Assembly (NCBI GenBank): GCA_029821885.1
Contig: JALGXV010000003.1
Span: 1-50,067 of the forward strand
Source of the DNA: Candidatus Hebobacteria bacterium
GTDB taxonomy: Bacteria > Armatimonadota > Hebobacteria > Hebobacterales > Hebobacteraceae
DNA: 50,067 nt
Direction: 5' to 3'
Shown: positions 8,608 to 18,000 of the stretch, piece after piece
Layout of the letters: every line of letters begins with the position of its first letter
Numbering within the stretch: position 1 is the stretch's first letter
Program-made: the position numbers and the translations under genes
Notes under the pieces: generated by a model
Told to the model about the DNA's origin: nothing
The model's input: the letters and a program-made list of their open reading frames with translations, nothing else
Database searches by the model: none

Positions 8608-9684
8608 CTACAGGTAGTCGCCCTTCCGCCTCTTCTCGATCTCTTCGAGGGCGTCACGGACCTGTTGGGCCTTGTCCTCGTGGACGATGAGAACGGCGTC
8701 ATCAGTATCGACGATGACGTAGTCCTCCACACCGACTGTCACGACAAGTCGGCCGGAGCCGGCCATTACGAAGCAGTTCCGGCTCTCAACTGCTATGTGG
8801 TTCTCCGACTTGAGATCGAGTGACCCGTGTCGGCCGGCGATCTCCTTGACAGCGCGCCAGTGCCCAACATCACTCCACTCGACGGCGGTGGGGACGACGG
8901 CCATGTCCTCTTCCTTCTCCGCGATGCCGTAGTCGATGGAGACGGATGGGAGCTGCTCGTAGGTCTTCGCCAGAAGCTCGCCTGTGGGGTCATCGGACTC
9001 CGCGAGCTCCCCCATGGCGGCGGCGACTTCAGGCAAGTGGACGGCGCAGCGCTCCATGAAGTTCCCGGCCTGGAAGATGAAATGGCCCATGTTCCAGTAG
9101 TAGCCACCGTCGGCAAGATAGCGCTCAGCTGTCTCCAGGTCGGGCTTCTCCGTGAACGTGTCCACGCGATAGGCACCGCCGACGGTGCCGAGCCGGTGGC
9201 CCCGCTTGATGTACCCATAGGCGGTCTCCGGATGAGTCGGGATGACGCCCAGGGTCACGATGAACCCCTGAGCGGCAGTCTCGGCGGCCACCCCGACATA
9301 GTCGCGATAGGCGTCCGGGTCGCCGATGTAGCTATCGGCCGGCGTGGCCAGCACGGTGGCCCCGGGTTCGGAGCGGGCGATGCGCGCAGTCGCCAGCGTA
9401 ACCGCCGGCGCGCTGTTGCGACCGACGGGCTCGCCGAGGACATGCTGGGGCGGAAGATCTGGAAGCTGCCCGCGGACCAGGTCGACGAAGTCGGCGCCTG
9501 TCACGACCCAGACGTGTTCCGGGGAAGCCAGAGGGAGAATCCGTCGATAGGTGTCGACGAGCATCGTGTGTTCGGAAAGCAGGGGCTGGAACTGCTTGGG
9601 CCGGCTTCGCCGCGAGATCGGCCAGAGCCGTGTGCCCACACCACCGGCCATGATGATGATATGTATGCCCTCTTTAGTCTCCAC
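8608..9684 (-). CDS. manC: Mannose-1-phosphate guanylyltransferase (GDP-mannose pyrophosphorylase)
   Basis: The N-terminal nucleotidyltransferase signature is IIMAGGVGTRLWPISRRSRPKQF. GTG start with AGGAGG 8 nt upstream. At 358 aa it is the short form, without the C-terminal PMI cupin. Confidence 0.85.
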   Translation of the reverse strand: METKEGIHIIIMAGGVGTRLWPISRRSRPKQFQPLLSEHTMLVDTYRRILPLASPEHVWVVTGADFVDLVRGQLPDLPPQHVLGEPVGRNSAPAVTLATARIARSEPGATVLATPADSYIGDPDAYRDYVGVAAETAAQGFIVTLGVIPTHPETAYGYIKRGHRLGTVGGAYRVDTFTEKPDLETAERYLADGGYYWNMGHFIFQAGNFMERCAVHLPEVAAAMGELAESDDPTGELLAKTYEQLPSVSIDYGIAEKEEDMAVVPTAVEWSDVGHWRAVKEIAGRHGSLDLKSENHIAVESRNCFVMAGSGRLVVTVGVEDYVIVDTDDAVLIVHEDKAQQVRDALEEIEKRRKGDYL

Positions 9685-9750
9685 AGCTTCACCCTCCTGC
9701 GGCGCCCAGAATGAGGCGCTGCCCTCGCTTGAGCCGCCGGAGCTGGCAGG

Positions 9751-10050
9751 TCAGCCGCTGGTCTTTGTGAACCGCCTCGACGGAGTGAAGATGGGGCGGG
9801 CAGACGGGAGCTGGCTGCTGACCCGCACTGGTTCTACTCCCACGGCGGCGAGCCCATCCGCAACTGCCCGGGCGAACTTCTCCCCCATGAACCGCGTGTC
9901 GTGCCCGACCGCCACTGGGTCCTCCCTCGGCAGCTTCCGGAACCAGTGTGCAGTGGCCCGCGCGACGGCTCTCACATTGTAGAAGGTGTACTGCTCGGCG
10001 AGGATGGCCCGCCACCCCGCGGTGCCGAAGCGGATGGGTTGCACTGCCAC
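9751..10050 (-). pseudogene. Truncated phosphomannomutase/phosphoglucomutase (only about the first 85-99 codons remain)
   Basis: PGM/PMM domain I N-terminus is present (IRFGTAGWRA..., VAVGHDTRFMGEKFA). The ORF stops before the catalytic TASHNP serine loop. Only 66 nt separate its stop from the manC start. Confidence 0.6.
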
Positions 10051-11036
10051 TACTCCATTCCCAGATCAAGCATGTCCTTCAGGTTTAGCATGCCCTGCAG
10101 CCGGCGCTCTTCATCGACTACCGGCATGTCTCCGATCTTGTACTCCCGCATGAGACGCAGCGCCTCGACGGCCGGCTCATCCGGCCGTGCGATCTTTGGA
10201 TCGCGCGTCATCACCTCCCCCGCCTGCTTCTGCAGCGCCCGGTCATCCGCGAGGAGCGCACGCCGGATGTCCCCGTCGGTTATGATGCCGGCCAGGCGCT
10301 GCTCCACGTCAAGCACGGCCGCGGCTCCCGCGCGGGCGCGCGTGACTGCAAACAGCGCCTCCCGCAGCGGGTGCTCCGTCCCGACGGCCGCCACCTCCTC
10401 GCCGACGCGCATGAGATCGGCGACGCTCTTACCGGCCTTGTGGCCGAGCTGGCCGCCCGGGTGGAGTGCCGCGAAGTCCTCGCGCGAGAATTGGCGGGCG
10501 GTCATAACGGCCGCCGCCAACGCATCGCCCATCGCCATCTGGACGGTGGTGGAGGCCGTAGGCGCGAGACCGAGAGGGCATGCTTCGCGCTCCACAGAGA
10601 CGTTGACCGTCACCTCTGCCTGGTCGGCCAGGGGGCTGGGCACTCGGCCGGTGAAGGCAATGACCGGGACTGCGATCCTCTTCATCGCCGAGATGATCTC
10701 TTTCACCTCATCTGTCCAGCCGCTCTGGGAAAGGACGATGAGCACATCTCCCGCCGCCACCATCCCCAGATCGCCGTGCAGTCCCTCGGACGGATGGAGG
10801 AAGAGCGCAGGCGTGCCCGTGCTGGCGAGAGTCGCGGCCAGCTTCCTGCCGACCGCACCGGACTTCCCCATCCCTGTGACCACGACTCGGCCCGAGCAGT
10901 CGAGTATCAGCTCGATCGCACGGCCGAAGCTGTCATCGATCCTGGCTGACAGGGCTTCCACTGCCGCTGCTTCTATCGCGATCGCGTCTCTTGCCTTCGC
11001 CAATGCCTGGTCTAGGTCTCTGGACTCGCCCGGCAT
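10050..11036 (-). CDS. KpsF/GutQ/KdsD family sugar-phosphate (arabinose-5-phosphate) isomerase, SIS plus CBS pair
   Basis: I trimmed ORF 10050..11324 to ATG 11036. The SIS motif is VVVTGMGKSGAVGRKLAATLASTGTPALFLHPSEGLHGDLGMV. A C-terminal tandem CBS pair is present (IITDGDIRR..., MPVVDEERRLQGMLNLKDM). Confidence 0.85.
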   Translation of the reverse strand: MPGESRDLDQALAKARDAIAIEAAAVEALSARIDDSFGRAIELILDCSGRVVVTGMGKSGAVGRKLAATLASTGTPALFLHPSEGLHGDLGMVAAGDVLIVLSQSGWTDEVKEIISAMKRIAVPVIAFTGRVPSPLADQAEVTVNVSVEREACPLGLAPTASTTVQMAMGDALAAAVMTARQFSREDFAALHPGGQLGHKAGKSVADLMRVGEEVAAVGTEHPLREALFAVTRARAGAAAVLDVEQRLAGIITDGDIRRALLADDRALQKQAGEVMTRDPKIARPDEPAVEALRLMREYKIGDMPVVDEERRLQGMLNLKDMLDLGME

Positions 11037-11160
11037 GCTACGGCCCTCTCTTCGCCTCTGTGCAGCACCCAGCGGGGTGGCCTCTGCCCGAACGGGAGAC
11101 GAATCTCGACCTGCCGTACGATTGCAGCTCTCTCGCGATGATAACGGCGCGCTGTGCGGA

Positions 11161-11667
11161 TCAGCCGTCTCTTCGCCGCCAGTCGTACGGGAAGTCGTAG
11201 TGGTAGGCCCGATCCGGCATGTTGAGCACGAGCGCCGTGTCCTCGCCGACACACTTCCAGCCGTGATGAACGCCTTTCGGTATCTTGACGACGAGCCGGT
11301 TGGAGTCACCCAGGAATAGCTCATTCACGAGACCTGAGGTAGGGGAGTCCGTCCGGCCGTCGTATAGGACCAGCTTCAACTCGCCGGAGATGCAGCAAAC
11401 CATATCGGTCTGGTGCTCGTGGTAGTGCCAGCCCTTGACGACGCCCGGGTATGTCGTCGTCATGTAGATCTGGCCGAATTCGGGATACTCTGGATCGTCA
11501 GCACGCAGGATTTCCGTGAGCACCCCGCGCTCGTCAGGGAAAGCAGGCAAGCGCCGGACTTTCACGCCCGCGATCAGCTTCTTCTCTCCCGGCGTGACGC
11601 ATCGCACGCCAGCGATGGGGAGTGCATCGCACCATTCGTAGCCAGGCCCGTGTGGTGACGTCAGCAC
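11161..11667 (-). CDS. dTDP-4-dehydrorhamnose 3,5-epimerase-like cupin (RmlC family)
   Basis: Family-like stretches are FPDERGVLTEI, KGWHYHEHQTDMVCCISGELKLVLYD and PKGVHHGW. The GTG start is uncertain. Confidence 0.7.
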   Translation of the reverse strand: MLTSPHGPGYEWCDALPIAGVRCVTPGEKKLIAGVKVRRLPAFPDERGVLTEILRADDPEYPEFGQIYMTTTYPGVVKGWHYHEHQTDMVCCISGELKLVLYDGRTDSPTSGLVNELFLGDSNRLVVKIPKGVHHGWKCVGEDTALVLNMPDRAYHYDFPYDWRRRDG

Positions 11668-11864
11668 AGCGAGTCCCTCCGCCGCACATTTCGGCTGCGT
11701 GAGCCGGCAATCCTGCCGTGGAAGTACTCGCCGCAGCCCGGGGGGGCGGGGGAGTGCGTCAGAAGCCAGAGGACCCGCTGCCGCGAGTCATAGGGGGCAG
11801 GAGGCTCAGCCGGTCGCCTTCTGGACGCGGCCGCGCAGCGGTCACTGACGGGGACGGACGCGAG

Positions 11865-11951
11865 CTGGTGCCGAGGCGGGGAGTCGAACCCCGACGGGCG
11901 TAAGCCCACTAAGTCCTGAACCTAGCGCGTCTGCCAGTTCCGCCACCTCGG
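11865..11951 (-). tRNA. tRNA-Leu (anticodon CAG), class II with long variable arm, CCA encoded
   Basis: The reverse complement reads GCCGAGGTGGCGGAACTGGCAGACGCGCTAGGTTCAGGACTTAGTGGGCTTACGCCCGTCGGGGTTCGACTCCCCGCCTCGGCACCA. The acceptor stem is GCCGAGG/CCTCGGC, the anticodon loop is TTCAGGA and the T-loop is GGTTCGACTCC. It aligns closely with the E. coli tRNA-Leu(CAG) layout. Confidence 0.92.
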
Positions 11952-11964
11952 CACCGGTAAGGGC

Positions 11965-11993
11965 TATTGTAGGCAATGGGATTATCTGCGTCA
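11965..11993 (-). promoter_or_regulatory. Sigma70-like promoter for tRNA-Leu
   Basis: On the minus strand: TTGACG, a 17-nt spacer, then TACAAT. The -10 ends 13 nt before the mature tRNA 5' end. Confidence 0.5.
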
Positions 11994-12011
11994 AGCTTCG
12001 TGCCCGGGGCC

Positions 12012-12040
12012 TTGCCACTCGCCGTGCCGGGGGCTATAAT
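12012..12040 (+). promoter_or_regulatory. Sigma70-like promoter for tatA
   Basis: TTGCCA (12012-12017), a 17-nt spacer, then a perfect TATAAT (12035-12040). It lies about 40 nt upstream of the tatA ATG. Confidence 0.55.
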
Positions 12041-12081
12041 CGGCAGTGGTCCCTGCGGGGACAGAACTGGAGAACGGACCC

Positions 12082-12276
12082 ATGCTAGCGTGGACACTCG
12101 GACCGCCGGAGATTGTCGGGATCCTCGTGCTCGTGCTGCTGCTGTTCGGCGCGAAGCGGCTCCCGGAGCTGGCTCGTTCACTTGGCCAGGGAGTGAAGGA
12201 GTTCCGGAAGTCTGTGAAGGAGATAGGCGAGGAGGTCTCTGAGAGCGACAAGGAGTCCTCCTCCAAGTCGTCCTGA
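12082..12276 (+). CDS. tatA: Twin-arginine translocase subunit TatA/E
   Basis: I trimmed to ATG 12082 (GGAG RBS). PEIVGILVLVLLLFGAKRLPELARSLGQGVKEFRK is the canonical TatA TM plus amphipathic helix. Confidence 0.85.
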   Translation: MLAWTLGPPEIVGILVLVLLLFGAKRLPELARSLGQGVKEFRKSVKEIGEEVSESDKESSSKSS

Positions 12277-12297
12277 TCCCATCGGAGGAGGGGACGC

Positions 12298-12483
12298 GTG
12301 CCCTGCCCGCACTTCTCGAACCAAAACGGCGACTGCCTTCTGCGGGAAGACCAAGACGTGGACGAGGAAGACCGGGACGTGTCGGTCGAAGACCCGGTGG
12401 ATCGCACGTGGTGTCTGAGTGCCGAGAAGGGCTATCGGCAGTGCCCTGTTTACCGGCGCTTCCTGGCCGAGCTGACCCCGTAG
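12298..12483 (+). CDS. Small acidic cysteine-motif protein (two C-x9-C pairs)
   Basis: 61 aa with a GTG start 22 nt after tatA. Third positions are strongly G/C-rich. Cys at positions 3, 13, 39 and 49, with a C-terminal CPVYRRF. No family recognised. Confidence 0.45.
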   Translation: MPCPHFSNQNGDCLLREDQDVDEEDRDVSVEDPVDRTWCLSAEKGYRQCPVYRRFLAELTP

Positions 12484-12526
12484 CCGTGCATGAAAGTCTC
12501 CCAACCTGCAGTAATCGCTTCCTGCC

Positions 12527-12556
12527 TTGACAGCACGACGCGCCTTGTGCTAACTT
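12527..12556 (+). promoter_or_regulatory. Possible promoter for cspA
   Basis: TTGACA (12527-12532), an 18-nt spacer, then TAACTT (12551-12556). This leaves a ~50-nt 5' UTR, as is common for cold-shock genes. Confidence 0.35.
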
Positions 12557-12609
12557 CCGCCTGACTGCTTCGCCCGTCGGGTGAACGGCGGACCAAGGGA
12601 GGTACGGAC

Positions 12610-12810
12610 ATGGCGCGGGGGCGGGTCAAGTGGTTCAACGCGCAGAAGGGCTACGGGTTCATTGAAGTCGAGGGAAGCGTAGACGTCTTTGTCCACTACT
12701 CGGCTATCCAAATGCCCGGGTTCAAGACTCTCGAAGAAGGTCAGCAGGTTCAGTTCGACCGCCAGGACGGAGACAGGGGACCCCACGCGAGTAACGTGCT
12801 GCCGCTCTAG
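12610..12810 (+). CDS. cspA: Cold-shock protein (CspA family)
   Basis: [16 protein letters not shown] (RNP1) and VFVHYSAI (RNP2) are present. AAGGGAGG RBS. Confidence 0.92.
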   Translation: MARGRVKWFNAQKGYGFIEVEGSVDVFVHYSAIQMPGFKTLEEGQQVQFDRQDGDRGPHASNVLPL

Positions 12811-12860
12811 CGCCAACACGGCGCGAGCTTCCACGCGTCGGAGGTGAAGCCGGCCGCGTG

Positions 12861-13667
12861 TCAGGTCCCGCAGGCGCGGCTGCCCCGTGTCTTGAACGGC
12901 GTGGGCAGCCTGGCCTGTCGGAGCACGAGACTCACCAGCTGCTCCGCTGTCGCTCCCGCCTGAGCTCGCCTCAGCAGTTGTGTGCGCATCCCCTCCACGG
13001 CATCTGCTCCGAACGCGGCATAGGCCAGCCGCTCCGGGAGGGAATGGAAGCAGAACTCCTCTATCACGGTCTGCTTCGGCAGAAGAGCCGCATCGAGCCT
13101 GGCCACCCTTGCGGCATACGCTTCGCCGTCGACGGTGACATCGCGGCCGGCGGCATCTGTCACCTTGTCGCAGCTGGCCAGTGAGCGGCGCACCACCGCC
13201 TCTGGCACCTCAATGCCGAACTGCCGCAGGCGTCGGGCCTGCTGGCGTGCCGCCAGGCGTGCCTCGGCCTCAGCGCGCTCCCGCTCGAGGGCCGGCACGA
13301 GTCCGAAGAGGCGACAGGCGAGCGGACGACGCTCGTAGATGGCGCAGCGGCGGGACTGGAGGAAGATGCACGTCCGGTCCGGCTCGACCCAGGAGAAGAG
13401 CAACTCACCGAAGGCGCGTCTGGCGATGTCCTCCCTGTGGCCTTCGGCGTAGGCGCCGATCGAGTCCAGCAGGTAGAGGTACTCGACGTAGAATACCCCA
13501 GGACTCTCGAAGCAGCACCGAGCGCAGCTCTCGCAGACGGTAGTGGGCAGCTCTGCGTAGATGCGCTCCAGGGACCGGAAGAGCCCGCGGCGCTCCGCCC
13601 GGCGCGTCGATGGCACCGGGTCGAGGTCGGCCGAGCCAGGCAGCGGGTCAGCGTGCGGCGGGGACAC
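12861..13667 (-). CDS. YkgJ/UPF0153 family cysteine-cluster (zinc/iron-chelating) protein
   Basis: CESCARCCF (CxxCxxCC) and CIFLQSRRCAIYERRPLACRLFG match the YkgJ signature. Confidence 0.7.
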   Translation of the reverse strand: MSPPHADPLPGSADLDPVPSTRRAERRGLFRSLERIYAELPTTVCESCARCCFESPGVFYVEYLYLLDSIGAYAEGHREDIARRAFGELLFSWVEPDRTCIFLQSRRCAIYERRPLACRLFGLVPALERERAEAEARLAARQQARRLRQFGIEVPEAVVRRSLASCDKVTDAAGRDVTVDGEAYAARVARLDAALLPKQTVIEEFCFHSLPERLAYAAFGADAVEGMRTQLLRRAQAGATAEQLVSLVLRQARLPTPFKTRGSRACGT

Positions 13668-14965
13668 TAGGTCAGCCGCTCCAGCCGGTCGGTCACCTCC
13701 CGGAAGATCCGCGGCTCATCCAGGGTCTGGAGCTCCCGGTTCAGCATCACAGGCCGGCCATTGATGAAGACCGTGTGGACGTCGCCGGCCCGCGCCGCGT
13801 AAACGAGGTGCGAAATGACATCGTGCCGGGGGAAGAGGTGAGGTCGGCGGAAGTCGATCAGCGCGATGTCGGCCTTCATGCCGGGCTTGATCTGCCCGAC
13901 GCGGTCGCCTATGCCGAGGGCGCGCGCGCTGCCGCGGGTTCCCATCTCGAGGGCGCGCCAGGCGGGCACGGCGGTCGGGTCGCCGCTCTGTAGCTTGTGA
14001 AGGAGCGCGGAGAGCCTCACCTCCTCCATCATGTCAAGGTTGTTGTTGCTGGCCGGTCCATCTGTGCCGATGCCGACGACGGCGTCCGCTGCCAACAACT
14101 TGGGGATGGGGGCCGCGCCCGAGGCAAGCTTCATGTTGCTGCCCGGACAGTGGCATATGCCCACGCGCTTCGCGGCCAGTGTCTCGATGTCGCCATCGCT
14201 CAGGTGAACGCAGTGGGCGGCCGCCACCGGCGTGGCATCGAGAACGCCGAGTCTATCGAGCCGCTCTACCGGCGTCTGCCCGAAGTCCCGCTGGCTGTCC
14301 GCGACCTCGCCTGCCGTCTCTGAAACATGGATATGGATGCCCACCTCAGCCGACTTCGCGCCCTCCACCACTCTCTGCAGGAAGTGATCGGGGACCGTAT
14401 AGGGCGCGTGCGGCCCGAGCATCGTCACGACGAGACCGTCGCCTCGCTCCTTCCAGTCGCGGGCGAACTCTATGGCCCGGTCGAGGCGTTCATCCGCATC
14501 CGGGAGGAAGGCCAAGAGCACGCCCGAGACCACCGCCCTCATGCCCGCGTCGATAGCGGCCCGGGCAGCCGCCTCGAAGTAATGGTACATGTCGTTGAAG
14601 CATGTCACCCCGGCGCGGATCATCTCCGCTATGCCCAACAACGTGCCCCAGTACACGTCTTCCTCGCTGAGCTTCATCTCCACAGGCCAGATCCGCTCCT
14701 GCAGCCAGGGCATGAGCGGCATGTCATCCGCGTATCCGCGGAGGAGCGTCATGGCACAATGCGTATGCGAGTTCACGAAGCCGGGGATCGCGACGAGGCC
14801 CGAGCCGTCTATGACCCGGTCCTCCGGCAGCTCTGAGGGCCCGGTGCCGCTCGGGTGTAAGCTCTTGATCTCGTTCCCTTCGATCAGCAGGTCGGTGTCG
14901 GTCAAGACGCGACGGCCGTCGTCCATGGTGACGATAGTGGCGTTCCTTATGAGCCAGTTCCCCAA
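13667..14965 (-). CDS. mtaD: 5-methylthioadenosine/S-adenosylhomocysteine deaminase (amidohydrolase, MtaD-like)
   Basis: Family-like stretches are IRNATIVTMDD, GFVNSHTHCAMTLLRGYADDMPLMPWL and IHIHVSET. I place the start at TTG 14965 (GGAGG 7 nt upstream). The listed ATG 15058 would overlap the upstream gene by 40 nt, and GTG 14998 is also possible. Confidence 0.85.
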   Translation of the reverse strand: MGNWLIRNATIVTMDDGRRVLTDTDLLIEGNEIKSLHPSGTGPSELPEDRVIDGSGLVAIPGFVNSHTHCAMTLLRGYADDMPLMPWLQERIWPVEMKLSEEDVYWGTLLGIAEMIRAGVTCFNDMYHYFEAAARAAIDAGMRAVVSGVLLAFLPDADERLDRAIEFARDWKERGDGLVVTMLGPHAPYTVPDHFLQRVVEGAKSAEVGIHIHVSETAGEVADSQRDFGQTPVERLDRLGVLDATPVAAAHCVHLSDGDIETLAAKRVGICHCPGSNMKLASGAAPIPKLLAADAVVGIGTDGPASNNNLDMMEEVRLSALLHKLQSGDPTAVPAWRALEMGTRGSARALGIGDRVGQIKPGMKADIALIDFRRPHLFPRHDVISHLVYAARAGDVHTVFINGRPVMLNRELQTLDEPRIFREVTDRLERLT

Positions 14966-15018
14966 GACGATGCCTCCGAGTGCGGTTTCTCCACCCACGT
15001 GGGCTACGGGCCGCCGGG

Positions 15019-18000
15019 CTACGGCGATTCTACAGTGATCGCCAGCACTTTCACCCATGGCGCTTCTGGAAGCCCCAACGAAGCGGCAGCGCCAGCCCGA
15101 GGTGTCAGAGTGAGATGATAGAGGTAGACGTTCTGCAGTATGTCCTCCGAGAACGTCCGCACGTAGGGGCAGTAGAGGGCGAAGGGCGCTCCGGCCGGGC
15201 TCTCGTCCCAGGAGGGAACCATCACGCTGACCGATTCCGCCTCGCCCGTCGCACTGGTCAGGCCGAACGCCGCTTCGTGAGCTCCACGCGTGCTGGCCGC
15301 CACCATGTGGACCTTGGTGGCGCCCGCCTCACCAAGGGGGATCGACTGGCCGGTGCAGGCCACTGCTGCTCCGACGCTCCCGCTGGCCGAGGGGAAGGAG
15401 AACACGATGTCATCGCGCGGGTGCCCGGGAGCGTAATACCCGGACGGGTAGAGCTGGTCGCGGGGCCCAAACGGGTCAGGTGGTAGCCACTCGGCGGGCA
15501 AACTCCGTCCCCGCCCATCGAAGTCTCCCTGCGCCCGGTAGCTGTCGGGGACGACGGCCATGACGTTCGCATACGGAGAAAGATCGATGGCACGGAAGCG
15601 GTCTGCGCGCACGAAGACTTGGGTTGGAGCACTGCAGTTGTCGAGGTGCTGATGGGAGGAGTCGAGATCTCCCCCGCCGACTTCCACGGAAGCGGTGAGC
15701 CGATATGGCCCCGGCTCGGGCGGGATGATGACTGGGACCGTGACGAACGCGCGCGTGCCGGCGTCAACGTCGATGGGCAGGCCGACCGGCGCCACGTGCA
15801 CATCGGCTGATCGCCCGTCCCAGCGATGCCAGCGGATGGCGATTCGCGCCTCGCCGGCGGGAAGAAGCTCCTCGCTCCCGTTGGCAACGACGAGCTCAAT
15901 GCTCGTCGAATCCCCCGCATCCAGCTCTGCCGCCGCGGACACTGACTCGATCACAGCCCCGCTTCCACGCCGCGCCACCTGGATCGCTTCGTCCCTGGGC
16001 CCGGTTCCGTGGGAGGAGAGCCAGTTGACGTCGCCCTCCACCAGGTCCCACTGAACGCGGTAGTGCCAGAGATCTTGTGGTCCCGTTGGCGCCAGCGGTC
16101 CACCGTCGTGGCCGTTTGCGACGAGGGGAACGGCCAGCGAAACGACATCCCCCGGCGGCACGTCCCTGGGAAGCTCTACGCGACCGGCGTCCCAGAAGAC
16201 GACCTCAGTCGCATCGTCAGATGGAAGGGCCGGGTCGTCCGTGCGCCGCGTCCAGTGGTAGGAGAGCTCGACTCGACCGCGCTGCCACGTTTCGGTGCCG
16301 TCGTTCCGGAGACGCACAGAGACCTCTCGCGTTGCGCCTGCTGCAACGGCCGCTGGCAGTGAGGAGCTGATCAGCGTGGCCTTGTAGGGCGGAGCGCCGC
16401 CGACGCGAATCGGGACGCTCAACTCGGCGAGAGTGCTCGTGAACCACTCAGACTGGAAGTAGGCGACCTTCCTGCGCAGAAGTCGGAGCGTGTAGACATA
16501 GTCGTCCGGGGCGAGCGGACGTTCCTCGTTGTCTCTCAGTACAATCCGCACCGGGACGCGCGCGGTCTGCCCGGCACCGACGAGGAGTGCCTGGGCGCCC
16601 TTGTCAGTGCGGACGACGGCGCCGTCTGCGAGTCGCCGGAGCTCGCAGTCGACAGATACCCGAGCACTTGTCCGCACATCTTCGGTGCTGGTGTTCTCCA
16701 CAAGGATCTCTGCCAGGCAGTCGCTTCCGGCGACAGCCGGAGCTGGCGCACTGTGTTGCCTCAGCACGAGGCGGTGCGGCTGCTGGCTTCCGAGACGTGC
16801 CTGGAAGTAGCGAGTGGTGTCAACGTAGAGAATGCCGTACTGCCGACTCGGGCCGATCTCCGTCCCGTTGGCGTAGTCATTCCAGCTATCGACGACCACG
16901 AGTTCGGGCTCGGCGGCCAGGGCACGCTGCCAGTCGCTGCGGTAGGGCCGTCCCTCAGCTCGGGCCCGTATGGTCCCGCTTGTTCCGGGCGGCGGACAGT
17001 GACCGGGGGAGAGCGCTACTGCTTTCGCCCCGACGGGACCCGAAACGGTGAAGCCGGTTCGCTGCGGCAGGTCGATATGCGAATAGAGCTCGGCGCCATC
17101 GCGCCGCCACGCGCTGCTGCCGAGCCAGACAAGCCGTGCGCCTCCGAAGTCCTGGCCGAAGCGCGCCTGGCTGAAGTTGAGGAAGCCTCCGTCCCAATTG
17201 GCCAATCCCTCGGGCTCTCCCAGCAGGACGGGAACTCCCCCGGGTGCGCTGCCGTCCAGCGGACGGCCGACTTCGGCCCAGAACTCCCTGGGTAAGTGGA
17301 GGAAGAACTCCCGGACCATGCCATAGAACAGCTGCTTGCCAGCATCCGAAGTCAGATCGACGCCCTGGAGTGCGGCCGTGTCCAGCATCATCCCGACCAG
17401 TGGATAGCCGACGTTCCGAGCGCGCCGCTCCTTCAGGGCTTGCCCTAGTCGGAGCAGACCGATGCGGGCCCAGCTCCGCCGCGCGCCCTCCTCTCCGGAA
17501 TACCGTGCAAGGATGACATCGATCCCGGCCCGCTGGACTTCCTGCACCTGCCCGGCGTGCCAGTCAACCCTGTCGTAGCTGACCCACGGGCCTGCGCCAC
17601 CTTGCGGCTGGTGGCTGGTGGCAGGCGCGCCGTCTGCCGTCCAGAGAGGCGCGCCGGTCTGCGCTGTCAGGCCGCCGCGCCAGTCGTACCGGTAGATTGC
17701 CATCAGCGTGGTGGTGGCAGCGCTCTTCTCCCGCAACTCCGGCAGAGAGTCGATGAGCGGCTCCGGCTTGTCAAACTCGAGCGTCGCCGCGGCCAGCCAC
17801 TCGTCAGCGGCCAATCTGCCATCGATGAAAGGTGTCTGGGCGACGATGGGGCAGGGGACCCAGGTTCCGGTGGCCTTCGCCAGCCCTGAGCCGAGCCTGA
17901 CATGCATCGTCCCCCAGCGCGCGGCATCGCCGACTTGCCTCGGCTCCCGCACGGAGGGCGACCAGCTGGCGATGCCCTCGTTCTCGCCCTGCATCCAACA

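Noticed and set aside
6614-8617. 667-aa plus-strand ORF
   Set aside because: It is antisense to the well-supported DUF4091 gene. Its composition is R/P/G/A/V-rich with no recognisable motifs, which is typical of a high-GC shadow ORF.
9901-11319. 472-aa plus-strand ORF
   Set aside because: It is antisense to the KpsF/GutQ isomerase and the PMM remnant. It is S/A/R/P low-complexity sequence with no family signal.
14966-15058. ATG 15058 as the MtaD start
   Set aside because: It would overlap the upstream 1171-aa gene by 40 nt and add ~30 non-conserved residues. TTG 14965 has GGAGG at ideal spacing and gives a family-typical N-terminus. This is not certain.
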